Origin: an uncultured Actinomycetota bacterium
GTDB taxonomy: Bacteria > Actinomycetota > Actinomycetes > Actinomycetales > CAVURS01
Assembly: GCA_963794535.1 (NCBI GenBank)
Contig: CAWCEI010000013.1
Span: 56,185 to 120,184, forward strand
Direction: 5' to 3'
DNA: 64,000 nucleotides
In this document: positions 21,565 to 31,063 of the stretch, piece by piece
Layout: each line of letters starts with the position of its first letter
How positions within the stretch are numbered: the stretch's first letter is position 1
Program-made: the position numbers and the translations under genes
Notes under the pieces: model-generated
The model's database searches: none
What the model was told of the DNA's origin: nothing
What the model saw: only the letters and a program-made list of their open reading frames with translations

Positions 21565-22134
21565 ATGAGACCACTTCGATACTCGATCAACGTCACCCTC
21601 GACGGCTGCTGCCATCACGAGGCGGGGCTCCCCCCCGACGAGGAGTCGATGCGCTACTGGACAGCTGAGATGAAACGAGCCGATGCCCTGATATTCGGCC
21701 GGGTGACCTACGAGATGATGGAGTCGGCGTGGCGGCAGCCGGCCACGGGCACGTGGCCTGACTGGATGGATGAGTCGCAGATCCCGTTCGCTCAGACCAT
21801 CGACCGGACCAAGAAGTACGTCGTGTCCAGCACGCTGGGCGAGGTCGACTGGAATGCCGAGCTGTTGCGAGGCGACCTGGGGCAAGCGATTCAGCGGCTC
21901 AAGCAGGAGCCAGGCGAGGGCCTGTTCGTGGGTGGGGTGACGCTCCCTCTGGCCTTGGCAGATCTGGGACTGATCGACGAGTACGCGTTCCTTGTGCAGC
22001 CGGTCCTTGCCGGACACGGGCCGACGTTGCTCGCCGGTCTGCGCGAGCGCGTCCAGCTCGAGCTCGTCGATCGCCATGAGTTCCGGTCGGGGGCGGTCGC
22101 CCTGCAGTACCGGCCCACGCGAGTGTCCGCTTGA
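21565..22134 (+). CDS. Dihydrofolate reductase family protein (RibD C-terminal domain-like)
   Basis: Intact 189-aa ORF. MRPLRYSINVTLDGCC...FGRVTYEMM...GGVTLPLALADLGLIDEY is typical of the RibD_C/DHFR-like family. Confidence 0.7.
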   Translation: MRPLRYSINVTLDGCCHHEAGLPPDEESMRYWTAEMKRADALIFGRVTYEMMESAWRQPATGTWPDWMDESQIPFAQTIDRTKKYVVSSTLGEVDWNAELLRGDLGQAIQRLKQEPGEGLFVGGVTLPLALADLGLIDEYAFLVQPVLAGHGPTLLAGLRERVQLELVDRHEFRSGAVALQYRPTRVSA

Positions 22135-22601
22135 AACCCGCGGTGCGTCTCAGGAGCGTCGAAGACCAGGACCTCGACGTGTTCTTTGCCCACCAGATGG
22201 ATCCGCAGTCGGTCGAGATGGCGGCGTTTCCCGCTCGCGACAAGGGTCAGTTCGCGGCGCACTGGGCGAAACTCCGCGCCGACGACACCCTGGTCGTGCG
22301 CACCATCGTTGCCGACGGCCTGGTGGCGGGGAACATCGGAAGCTGGTCGGCGAATGGGCAGCAGCTGCTCGGCTACTGGGTCGGACGCGAGTGGTGGGGC
22401 CGCGGCGTCGCGACCCAGGCGCTCGCCCTGCTCGTGGACGAGGTGTCGATCCGGCCGCTGTACGCCCACGTCGCGGAGCACAACGTGGGCTCGGCCCGCG
22501 TCCTGGAGAAGTGTGGGTTTCGGCGCGATCGCGTGCAGGAGGCGGAGGCACCTGCGCCCGACGACGGCATCGAGGAGTTCATCTTCGTGCTGAATGCGTA
22601 A
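22131..22601 (+). CDS. GNAT family N-acetyltransferase
   Basis: Intact 156-aa ORF. The acetyl-CoA-binding core reads LLGYWVGREWWGRGVATQALALLV. It overlaps the upstream stop by 4 nt. Confidence 0.75.
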   Translation: MKPAVRLRSVEDQDLDVFFAHQMDPQSVEMAAFPARDKGQFAAHWAKLRADDTLVVRTIVADGLVAGNIGSWSANGQQLLGYWVGREWWGRGVATQALALLVDEVSIRPLYAHVAEHNVGSARVLEKCGFRRDRVQEAEAPAPDDGIEEFIFVLNA

Positions 22602-22628
22602 GGCCCGCGCAAACACGCACGTCGTGGG

Positions 22629-23153
22629 TTAGTCGCCGGTGACGCCGTCGGCGAGCTCGCGGAGGATATCTAGGTGGCCGTTGTGCCGGGCGGTCTCTTC
22701 GATCAGGTGAGTGATGATGTACCGCAACGCAATTGGCTGACCGGTCTGCTCATCGGGGACGACCGATGTCGCGTCCCAGTCGCGGGAGGCAACGATCTCG
22801 TCGGTATGGGCAGCCTGCGCGGCGTACTCAGCGAGCAGTGCGGCCAGCGGGCGTTCGAGTCCCGCGCGCATCTGGAGCTCGGAGTCGTCGTCCGTGCCCG
22901 GCCACCGGTACCGCTGGCCCAAGAAGATGACGTCGATCCAGAAGGCTTCGGACCAGCGCAGATGGCTCACGAGCCCGGCGATGCTCATGGCGGGTGAGCT
23001 CGGGAGCGGCGTCTGGACGGCGTGCGTCTGGGACAGCCCGGCGCACTTGGCGTGCACCGTGAGGCGCACGTACGTCAAGAGCTGGGTCAGCGTGGCGCGC
23101 TCGTCGAACGCGACCGGGAAGTCCGTGCGTCGGTTCGGGTCGATGTGGGCCAA
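22629..23153 (-). CDS. DinB/DUF664 family protein
   Basis: Intact 174-aa ORF. The pattern LVSHLRWSEAFW...IITHLIEETARHNGHLDILREL is characteristic of DUF664/DinB-like four-helix bundles. Confidence 0.7.
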   Translation of the reverse strand: MAHIDPNRRTDFPVAFDERATLTQLLTYVRLTVHAKCAGLSQTHAVQTPLPSSPAMSIAGLVSHLRWSEAFWIDVIFLGQRYRWPGTDDDSELQMRAGLERPLAALLAEYAAQAAHTDEIVASRDWDATSVVPDEQTGQPIALRYIITHLIEETARHNGHLDILRELADGVTGD

Positions 23154-23195
23154 GGAACCTCCTTCGCGTCCGGCGCGCGCGCCCTGCCACCCCGA

Positions 23196-25229
23196 TCAGG
23201 GCGCGGCGACTCGGAACGTCGTGGTCGATGTCGTGACCGTTGCGACGGTGTGCGGCCCGGTGGTCTGCCACGTCACGGCAGCGGTCAGCCGATGCCCAGC
23301 GGTGTCGCGGACGGTGAACCGGCCGTCGACGCCAAGGCCGTAGTAGTCGGTCACCAGGCTGCCGTCGACCGTCGTGTCGATCAGTCCACCGGACTCCCCG
23401 CAGACGGGCCGTGATCACCTCGCCGGCGGCGTCGGTCGAGTAGTGCTCGACCCCGCCGCGCAGGCCGAGATCGTTGCTGGGGAGGACGTACTGATAGCGG
23501 TACGCCGCGTCTCCCGCCGCTGCGACGAGCACCGCCGCCAGGTGACGATCGAGCCGCCGAAGCCGACCCTCGGACCACGGTCGCCGGCGTCATCTGGCTC
23601 GACGTCCGGGCAAACGTCCCGAGCGTGTGGATGTCGGGAACCGTTGCGGCACAGGAAGTGTCGAGCGAAGACAGGTGGTCGGGCCGCCGGACGAACTCCT
23701 GGTAGATCGACGCGCCACAGCCGTACCGGTCGTCCAGTGCGACCAGGTGCACCATGTTCGGTACGACGATGGATCGGGCGTCGGCCCCGATCTGCTCGGC
23801 GACGTGCGCGCCACCGACGGCCGGCGTCAACGAGTCGAGGTCACCGTTGAGGACCAGCACCGGCACGTGGCTGGCGTCCATCGGGCCCGGCGAGGACCGG
23901 CGGGTCGGCCGGATGGGTCGGCGCCGGCCAGTCCAGGCAGGCGGTGTACGCCTCGGTGAACTGGTTCATCTGGATCCACTCGGCCGTCGTGAACGGCGCG
24001 AACGTGTCCGCCGGCAGCGCCGCGATCGACGCCGCGAGCTGCTGGCGTCGTACGGCGGGGGAGGCCGTCCGGTCGAACAGCTGCGGGTAGTCGGTGCAGG
24101 CAACGGCGTAGAAGTCACCGTCGGAGTAGGTCTTGGCCGGCCCGTAGTAGTCGCTGTCGTCCCAGCCGAAGTCCTGGGCCCACTGCCGCAGCAGCGGTCG
24201 GGCGTCGCCGTGCTCGAGGTAGGCCCGGCCCGCCGCGTCGAGCGTCCGGTAGACCGCGTAGTCGTAGCCCGCGTCGTTGACCATGTCCACGAGCTGTCGG
24301 ATGCCGACCGTCGTCGGCACCAGGGACCCGCCGACATCCCGGCGCCATCCCGTGAATCGGCTTGGCCCGCAACGACTTCGCCAACTGCCCGATCCGAGCC
24401 CAGGCCCCCGCTCCGGCCGCTGCGTCACAAGCCAGACTGCGCGTGCACGCCGCCTCGAACGCGGTCCGCGCCGTCGTCACCGTCGTCACGTACCAGGGGT
24501 CCAGATCGCGCGCCTCGTACGCCGAGTCGAGGACGACCGACCGCAGCAGCTGCGGGTAGTGCGACAGGAACGACTGCGAGAAGTAGGTGCCGTACGAGTC
24601 GCCGTACAGGTCGATGCCGCTGACCGACAGGCGGCCCAGCACGTCGGCCAGGTCGCGGGCGACGGTCGCCGTGTTGAACAGGTCCGACGCGTGGACGTAG
24701 CTGCCGTCGGCCCGCTGGTAGGTGTGGTTCAGCTGGTCCGCGCACCCGGCCACCAGGCCCTGGAAGTGTTTGGTAGCAGTGTTTCCGGTGTAGCTCTGCA
24801 GCCCCGCGCAGTCGATCAGCGCCGACCGCCCGGTGCCCCGAGCGTCGACGACGAGCAGGTTCCGGGTCCGGTGCAACGGGCCGATCATGTCGAGGTAGTC
24901 CACGGCCGTGCCGGTCGACGGATAGCCCGGGCCGCCCTCCATCGCCACGACCGTCCCGCTCGCATCCCCGCTGGCCGGGACCCAGCCGAAGCCGATCGCG
25001 ATCGTGCCGGCGCTCGGGTCCGACGCGGTCCAGCGGCACCCGGACCGAGCCGCACCACACCGGTGCGTCGACGAGACCGCACCGATGCAGGCGTCACGTC
25101 CCCGACGCGCAGCGACCCCGACGGCCGCAGCCGACCCAAAGCCGCAGCCGACGCAGAGACAACGCCGGTCGATAGGCCGGAGAGCACCAGCACGACTGCG
25201 GCGAGGACCGCGCCGGCGCGGCGGGTCAT
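23196..25229 (-). CDS. Secreted alpha/beta hydrolase (tripeptidyl aminopeptidase/TAP-like); about 6 apparent frameshifts
   Basis: Signal peptide MTRRAGAVLAAVVLVLSGLSTGVVSASA. The core reads AMEGGPGYPSTG..VVDARGTGRSALIDC..IDLYGDSYGTYF (nucleophile elbow GDSYG). The C-terminal region reads VPVLVLNGDLDSLTP..HLVALDD. Pieces lie in all three minus frames. Confidence 0.7.
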
Positions 25230-26618
25230 GCTGGTGCGAGAGCCAGGGCCAGCACGTCGAGGGCCTCCTCGAGCAACGCCTCGGGGATCACCAGCGGCGG
25301 CAGGAAGCGCAGCACGTTGCCGTAGGTCCCACAGGTCAGAGTCAGCACGCCACGCTGGTGGCAGGCCGAGGAGATCCGGCCGGCCTCAGCGGCGTCCGGC
25401 GTCCGGGTGCCCGGCTTCACGATCTCGATCGCCAGCATCGCGCCGCGCCCGCGCACGTCGCCGATCTGCGGGAACTGCTCGGCCAGCTCGGTGCAGCCGC
25501 GGGATCATGATCGACTCGATGTTCTTGGCCCGCCCGGGCAGGTCCTCCGTCGCCATCGCGTCGATCGAGGCTAGGGCCGCGGCGCAGGCGACCGGGTTGC
25601 CGCCGTAGGTCCCACCCAAGCCACCCGCGTGCACCGAGTCCATCAGCTCGGCCCGGCCGGTCAGGGCGGCGAGCGGCAGGCCACCGGCGATGCCCTTCGC
25701 CGTGGTGATCAGGTCGGGCACGACGCCCTCGTGCTGGCAGGCGAACATCGCGCCGGTGCGGCCGAAGCCGGTCTGGATCTCGTCGGCGACGAAGACGACC
25801 CCGTTGGCAGTGCACCACTCGGAGATCGCGGTCAGGAACCCCGGAGCCGGCACGACGAAACCGCCCTCGCCCTGGATCGGCTCGATGACGACACAGGCGA
25901 CCTGGTCCGCGCCGACCTGCTTCTCGATCACGTCGATGGCCCGAGCCGCGGCGGCCGACCCGGAGATGACCGCAGGCTCGCGGAACGGGTAGGACAGCGG
26001 TGCGCGGTAGACCTCACCGGCGAACGGCCCGAAGCCGTGCTTGTACGGCATCGACTTGGCGGTCATCGCCATCGTCAGGTTCGTGCGCCCGTGGTAGGCG
26101 TGGTCGAAGACGACGACGGCGTCGCGGCCGGTCGCGATCCGGGAGACCTTGACGGCGTTCTCGACGGCCTCGGCGCCTGAGTTGAACAGCGCCGAGCGCT
26201 TCTCGTGACCGCCCGGGGTCAGCCGGTTGAGCGCCTCGCAGACGGACACGTACCCGTCGTACGGCGTGACCATGAAGCAGGTGTGGGTGAACGCCGCGAC
26301 CTGCTCCTGCACGGCCGCGACGACGCGCGGGTGCGCGTTGCCGGCGTTGACGACCGCGATCCCGGCGCCGAGGTCGATCAGCGAGTTGCCGTCGACGTCG
26401 ACCAGGACACCACCGCCCGCCCGGTCGATGTAGATCGGCAACGTGCTGCCGACGCCCTTGGCCACCGCCGACACCCGGCGCTCGTGGATCGCCCGGGACA
26501 GGGGGCCGGGGATCTCGGTGACGAGCCGCCGCTCCTGGGTCAGGTCGGGGCCGCCCAGTCGGGCGGGGGGAGGGGTGCTGGAGCCGGGTGCGGTGATGGT
26601 CTCGCTCATAGCGGCCAC
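25226..26618 (-). CDS. gabT: 4-aminobutyrate--2-oxoglutarate transaminase; one apparent frameshift near 25500
   Basis: Class III aminotransferase with FVADEIQTGFGRTGAMFA and LITTAKGIAGGLPL. The C-terminus continues in ORF 25226..25456 (..RGAMLAIEIVKPGT..GTYGNVLRFLPPLVI). Convergent with gabD. Confidence 0.85.
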
Positions 26619-26770
26619 GGTACTGTGCTCAGGTCGGCCGGACGACCCCCATCATGGCGATCTCACCAGTCAACCGGGTGAGATAGTGCGGATGTCGTCG
26701 TCGCAGGCCCGCCGAACCCGCGAGATCACCACTGTCGCTGTATCCCACTCGTGTCGCTGGAGGAGCCGTC

Positions 26771-28249
26771 GTGACTGCATCGTCTGTCCTGACCGACCGC
26801 GAGGCCGACCTGGTCGGGCGCGTCCCCACCGGTCTGCTGGTCGGTGGTGAGTGGCGCCCCGCCGACTCGGGCGGCACGCTCCCGGTCGACGACCCCTCGA
26901 CCGGTGAGGTCATCGCCGAGGTCGCCGACGCCAGCGTCGCCGACGGCAAGGCGGCCCTGGACTCCGCGGTGGCCCACCAGGAGGAGTGGGCGGCAACGGC
27001 TCCCCGCGAGCGCGGTGAGATCCTGCGCCGGGCCTTCGAGCTGATCACCGCCCGCGCCGAGGACCTGGCGACGGTCATGACCCTCGAGATGGGCAAGCCG
27101 CTCGCCGAGTCCCGCGGGGAGATCGCCTACGGCGCCGAGTTCTTCCGCTGGTTCTCCGAGGAGGCCGTGCGGATCGCCGGCCGGTTCTCCACCTCGCCCG
27201 ACGGCAAGACCCGGCTGCTCACCATGAAGGCGCCGGTCGGCCCGACGCTGATGATCACGCCGTGGAACTTCCCGCTGGCGATGGGCACCCGCAAGATCGG
27301 CCCCGCCATCGCGGCCGGCTGCACGATGGTCGTCAAGCCGGCCAGCCAGACCCCGCTGACGATGCTGTCGCTGGCCGCGATCATGAGCGAGGCCGGCCTG
27401 CCGGACGGCGTCCTCAACGTCATCACCACCAAGCACACGGGCGACGTCATGGAGCCGCTGATCCGCGACTCCCGGCTGCGCAAGCTGACCTTCACCGGCT
27501 CCACCGAGGTGGGCCGCCGCCTGGTCGAGCAGTCGGCCGAGCAGCTGCTCCGCGTCTCGATGGAGCTTGGCGGCAACGCCCCGTTCCTCGTGTTCGAGGA
27601 CGCCGACCTGGACGCCGCGATCGAGGGCGCGATGCTGGCCAAGATGCGCAACATCGGCGAGGCCTGTACGGCGGCGAACCGGTTCATCGTCCACGAGTCG
27701 ATCGCGACCGAGTTCTCCGCGCGGCTGGCCGACCGGATGGGCGCGATGAAGGTCGGCCGGGGCACCGAGGACGGCGTCCAGGTCGGGCCGCTGGTCGACG
27801 AGAAGAGCCGGGACAAGGTGGCCGAGCTGGTCCAGGACGCGGTCGACGCCGGCGGCAAGGTCGCGACCGGCGGGACGGCGCTGGGCGAGCGGGGCTGGTT
27901 CTACGCCCCGACCGTGCTGACCGGCGTACCGGCATCGGCCCGGGTCTTCGGCGAGGAGATCTTCGGCCCGGTGGCCCCGATCACGACCTTCGACACGGAC
28001 GACGAGGCGCTGCGGCTGGCCAACGACACCGAGTACGGCCTGGTCGCCTACGCCTTCACCCGCGACCTGTCCCGCGCGCTGGCCGTCGCCGAGGGCCTGG
28101 ACACCGGGATGGTCGGCATCAACCAGGGCATCGTCTCCAACCCGGCCGCGCCGTTCGGCGGGGTCAAGGCCTCGGGTTTCGGCCGCGAAGGCGGCACCGA
28201 AGGCATCGAGGAGTACCTCGAGACCAAGTACGTGGGCATAAAGCCCTAA
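26771..28249 (+). CDS. gabD: NAD(P)-dependent succinate-semialdehyde dehydrogenase
   Basis: Intact 492-aa ALDH with MELGGNAPFLVF and GEACTAANR motifs. It neighbours gabT. Confidence 0.85.
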   Translation: MTASSVLTDREADLVGRVPTGLLVGGEWRPADSGGTLPVDDPSTGEVIAEVADASVADGKAALDSAVAHQEEWAATAPRERGEILRRAFELITARAEDLATVMTLEMGKPLAESRGEIAYGAEFFRWFSEEAVRIAGRFSTSPDGKTRLLTMKAPVGPTLMITPWNFPLAMGTRKIGPAIAAGCTMVVKPASQTPLTMLSLAAIMSEAGLPDGVLNVITTKHTGDVMEPLIRDSRLRKLTFTGSTEVGRRLVEQSAEQLLRVSMELGGNAPFLVFEDADLDAAIEGAMLAKMRNIGEACTAANRFIVHESIATEFSARLADRMGAMKVGRGTEDGVQVGPLVDEKSRDKVAELVQDAVDAGGKVATGGTALGERGWFYAPTVLTGVPASARVFGEEIFGPVAPITTFDTDDEALRLANDTEYGLVAYAFTRDLSRALAVAEGLDTGMVGINQGIVSNPAAPFGGVKASGFGREGGTEGIEEYLETKYVGIKP

Positions 28250-28264
28250 CCGGGCATAGCCCGG
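28250..28264 (+). terminator. Short GC hairpin directly after the gabD stop (possible terminator)
   Basis: CCGGGC-ata-GCCCGG begins 1 nt after the TAA. No U-tract follows. Confidence 0.3.
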
Positions 28265-28360
28265 TGAATCGTCTAGTCGACCGATTCCGAAGTATCTAGA
28301 CACCCATCCGCCGGGCGGGTGAAGTCGGAACGGGTGTGCTCAAAACTGCTGCGTATAACC

Positions 28361-28424
28361 CTGCGTTGCCCTCTCATTGCTCTCAGCGACCCAGCTTTCC
28401 CGCTGGGTTCATCCGAGGGAGGGG
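28361..28424 (+). promoter_or_regulatory. Leader module A: conserved box, hairpin and strong SD (paralogous to module B)
   Basis: The conserved box GTTGC-N-CT-N-TCATTGC-N-C-N-CAGCGACCC is followed by the hairpin ACCCAGC/GCTGGGT (28389-28408) and by TCCGAGGGAGGGG. CCCTC at 28369-28373 can pair with the SD. Confidence 0.45.
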
Positions 28425-28430
28425 TAGACC

Positions 28431-28535
28431 ATGAAGAAGTCGTCCACGGTCGTCACGGTGGTTCGCTGGTCGGCCAGCGTCGCACCGGTCGTCGCGCTGG
28501 TGTCGGTGCTCGGCGCCGGCATGAAGTGGTACTGA
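28431..28535 (+). CDS. Micro-ORF A1, 34 aa hydrophobic peptide ending GMKWY
   Basis: ATG lies 6 nt after GGGAGGGG. The peptide is MKKSSTVVTVVRWSASVAPVVALVSVLGAGMKWY, and nearly all codons end in G/C. It is below the 60-aa threshold of the ORF track. Confidence 0.4.
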   Translation: MKKSSTVVTVVRWSASVAPVVALVSVLGAGMKWY

Positions 28536-28540
28536 TCGGT

Positions 28541-28600
28541 ATGCGTCGTCAGGAGACGGGTGCCGCCGAGGAGCAGATCCCCGGCTACAAGTGGGTCTGA
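28541..28600 (+). CDS. Micro-ORF A2, 19 aa peptide ending PGYKWV
   Basis: MRRQETGAAEEQIPGYKWV, stop TGA. It shares the 17-nt CCCCGGCTACAAGTGGG with micro-ORF B. Confidence 0.3.
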   Translation: MRRQETGAAEEQIPGYKWV

Positions 28601-28798
28601 GCCCGCGCACCGCTCAAACGCCGTACGACACCAGCTCCTCCCGCTCCAGCGACACGTCGCTGAGCGGGGGGAGCTGTTGCTTTCCCCGGCAACTACCTAG
28701 CCATCAGCCGGCCTTTTCGGTCGCGAATAACTACCTGCGGGTAGACCGGTTGAGTGATGTTCGGGCGGATGTCCGGAATCCGACTGCGCGCTCACCCA

Positions 28799-28857
28799 CG
28801 GTTGCGCTGTCATTGCACACAGCGACCCGATCACTCGTTGGGTCTGTCCGGGAGGGG
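28799..28857 (+). promoter_or_regulatory. Leader module B (paralogue of module A)
   Basis: Matches module A at 24 of the first 28 aligned positions, followed by the hairpin GACCC../..GGGTC (28824-28844) and TCCGGGAGGGG. Confidence 0.45.
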
Positions 28858-28862
28858 TTCGA

Positions 28863-28928
28863 GTGAAGTCGTTGAACGATGGGCCTGGTTGCGCCGACGC
28901 GCGCACCCCCGGCTACAAGTGGGCGTGA
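28863..28928 (+). CDS. Micro-ORF B, 21 aa peptide ending PGYKWA
   Basis: GTG lies 5 nt after GGGAGGGG. The peptide is (M)KSLNDGPGCADARTPGYKWA. Its stop TGA (28926-28928) overlaps GTG 28925, a candidate start of the downstream gene. Confidence 0.35.
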   Translation: MKSLNDGPGCADARTPGYKWA

Positions 28929-31060
28929 AGGCAGGACCTTCCGGGACCGGCACGCGCCGGGTCTTCGTCGTGCCCTCCAACCTCACGCCTGTTCGTCGCC
29001 GGCATCGGTGCGGCCGGCTTCGCCCTCGCCGCTCTGGTGCTGCACGGCCTGGACCTCCAGACGCTCGTCGCCAACGTCCCCGTGCCCGGGCTGGCTGCTC
29101 GTCGTCGGCCTGATCCTGGGCGAGCTCGGCCCGATCCCGGTGTCGCGGGGTGACGACGAGACCTCGAACATCACGATGTCGACGACCTTCGCCGTCGCGC
29201 TCGTGGCGACCGGCCCGTTCGCCCTGCTGCTCGCGGCGCACACCGCCGCCGTCCTGATGGACGACCTGCGCACCAAGCGCCGCCCGGTGAAGATGATCTT
29301 CAACTTCGGCGAGTACGCGCTGTCGCTGGCGGCGGCCCGGCTGGTCTTCTCCCAGCTCACCGGGCAGGGCTTCCTGGCGCCGTACACGACGTACAAGGCC
29401 TCGGACCTGGTGCCGACCCTGCTGGCCGGCTTCACCTTCATGGTCATCAACAACGGCCTCGTGGCCATCGTGGTCGCGATGGCCAGCGGCCAGCCGGTCA
29501 TCGAGATGCTGCGCGACGACCTGGCCTTCACGATGGAGACCTCGGCCGTCCTCGTCGGCCTGTCCGGCGTCGCGGCCGTGCTGGCCCAGACCAGCGGCTG
29601 GATGCTCCCGCTGCTCGCCATGCCCGTTCTCGCCGTACGGCGATCGGCCGTGCTGGCCGCGGCCCGCCAGACCCAGGCGATGCGGGACGCCCTGACCGGG
29701 CTCGGCAACCGCGCCCTGTTCTTCAGCCGGACCGACCGGCTGCTGTCCCGGTTCGAACGGTACGGCGACTCGGTGGCGGTCCTGATGATGGACCTGGACC
29801 ACTTCAAGGACATCAACGACACCCTCGGCCACCAGGTCGGGGACCGGGTCATCCAGGCCGTCGCCGGCCGGATCGCCTACCTCGGCGGTGAGCTCGGCTG
29901 CGTCGCGCGGCTGGGCGGCGACGAGTTCGCCGTCGCGCTGTCCGGCGTGGACGCCGCCGCCGCTGGAGCCGTCGCCGAGACCCTGCTGGCCGACGTCGTC
30001 CGCCCGCTGCAGATCGGCGGCACCCGGATGGCGATCCAGGCCAGCGTCGGCATCGCGATGGCCGAGAAGGGCGTCGACGTCACCACCCTGATGCAGCGCG
30101 CCGACATCGCGCTCTACGAGGCCAAGCAGGACCGGGCCCGCTGGTGCCTGTTCGACGAGAGCGTCACGCCGACCACCCCCGAGCTGGGCCTGCTGGCCGA
30201 CCTGCGCGAGGCGCTCGAGAAGGGCGACCTGTCGGTGGCCTTCCAGCCCCAGGTCGGCCTGAGCGACGGCCGGGTCACCGGCGCCGAGGCGCTGGCCCGC
30301 TGGAAGCACCCCGAGCGCGGCTACATCCCGCCCTCGGACTTCATCATCCTGGCCGAGAACACCGGCCTGATCAGCCAGGTCACGGACGTCGTGCTGGAGG
30401 AGACCCTCAGCGCCCTGGCCGAGTGGAACCGGCAGGGCCTGTCCTGCCCGGTCTCGGTCAACCTGTCGGCCCGCCAGCTGGCCGACCTCAGCCTGCCCGA
30501 GCGGGTGAGCGCGGCCCTGCGCCGGCACAACATCCCGGCCGGAATGCTGACCGTCGAGGTGACCGAGAGCTCGATCCTCGGCGACCCGCGCCGGGCCGGC
30601 CAGATCCTGCACGAGCTGCGCCAGGAGGGCGTCCGGATCGCGGTCGACGACTTCGGCACCGGCTACTCCTCGCTGGCCTACCTGCAGCGGCTGGACCTCG
30701 ACGAGCTCAAGATCGACCGGAGCTTCGTGCAGTCGATGTGCCTCGTCGCGCGCGACGACGTGCTGGTCCGCTCGATCATCGAGCTGGCGCACAACCTCGG
30801 CCTCTCGGTCGTCGCCGAGGGCGTCGAAGCCTCGATCCAGGTCGACCGGCTGCGCGAGCTGTCCTGCGACGCGGCTCAGGGCTACTACCTGGGCCGCCCG
30901 ATGGACCGCGACCTGATGACCGCCTGGCTGCAGCGCGACGCCCTCCTGGGCTCGACCCGCCAGCACCACCACAACGAGCCGGTGGCGGCGCACACGCCGC
31001 CCAGCTCCGGCCGAGCGGCCGTACCTGCGCGCCGTCGGCATGTCCGGAACGGATGGCTGA
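28925..31060 (+). CDS. Membrane-anchored GGDEF-EAL (diguanylate cyclase/phosphodiesterase) protein; ends uncertain, 2-3 apparent frameshifts
   Basis: Multi-TM N-terminal domain (..LGPIPVSRGDDETSNITMSTTFAVALVATGPF..), GGDEF motif RLGGDEFAV, and EAL domain (EALARW, DDFGTGYSSL, KIDRSF, AEGVE). The first ~70 aa of track ORF 28879.. look out of frame, while TM-like LFVAGIGAAGFALAALVLHGL lies in another frame. The as-sequenced frame runs to 31230, but a +1 frame stops at 31058-31060, 3 nt before the next gene. Confidence 0.75.
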
Positions 31061-31063
31061 CCC

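Noticed and set aside
28591-28866. 91-aa plus-strand ORF between the two leader modules
   Set aside because: Third-position GC decays after ~30 codons, there is no SD, and the ORF runs through module B and its hairpin. Its start is merely the GTG inside the conserved AAGTGGG word.
28300-28930. Known riboswitch (c-di-GMP-I/II, or ydaO/c-di-AMP) in the long leader before the GGDEF-EAL gene
   Set aside because: I could not find the conserved cores I remember for these classes: the GGGACGCAAAGCC-type core for GEMM-I, or the pseudo-symmetric ACGGGGA/CCGA pattern for ydaO. Isolated resemblances (CATTGCAC, GCGGGGGGA) are too short. A cmsearch against Rfam is needed for a firm answer.
28879-29090. 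ATG 28879 as the start of the GGDEF-EAL gene (the start used by the ORF track)
   Set aside because: Its first ~70 codons give an Arg/Pro/Ser-rich sequence without TM character, while a neighbouring frame encodes a clean TM helix that joins the membrane domain. The start is more likely GTG 28925 (with indels) or an internal start.
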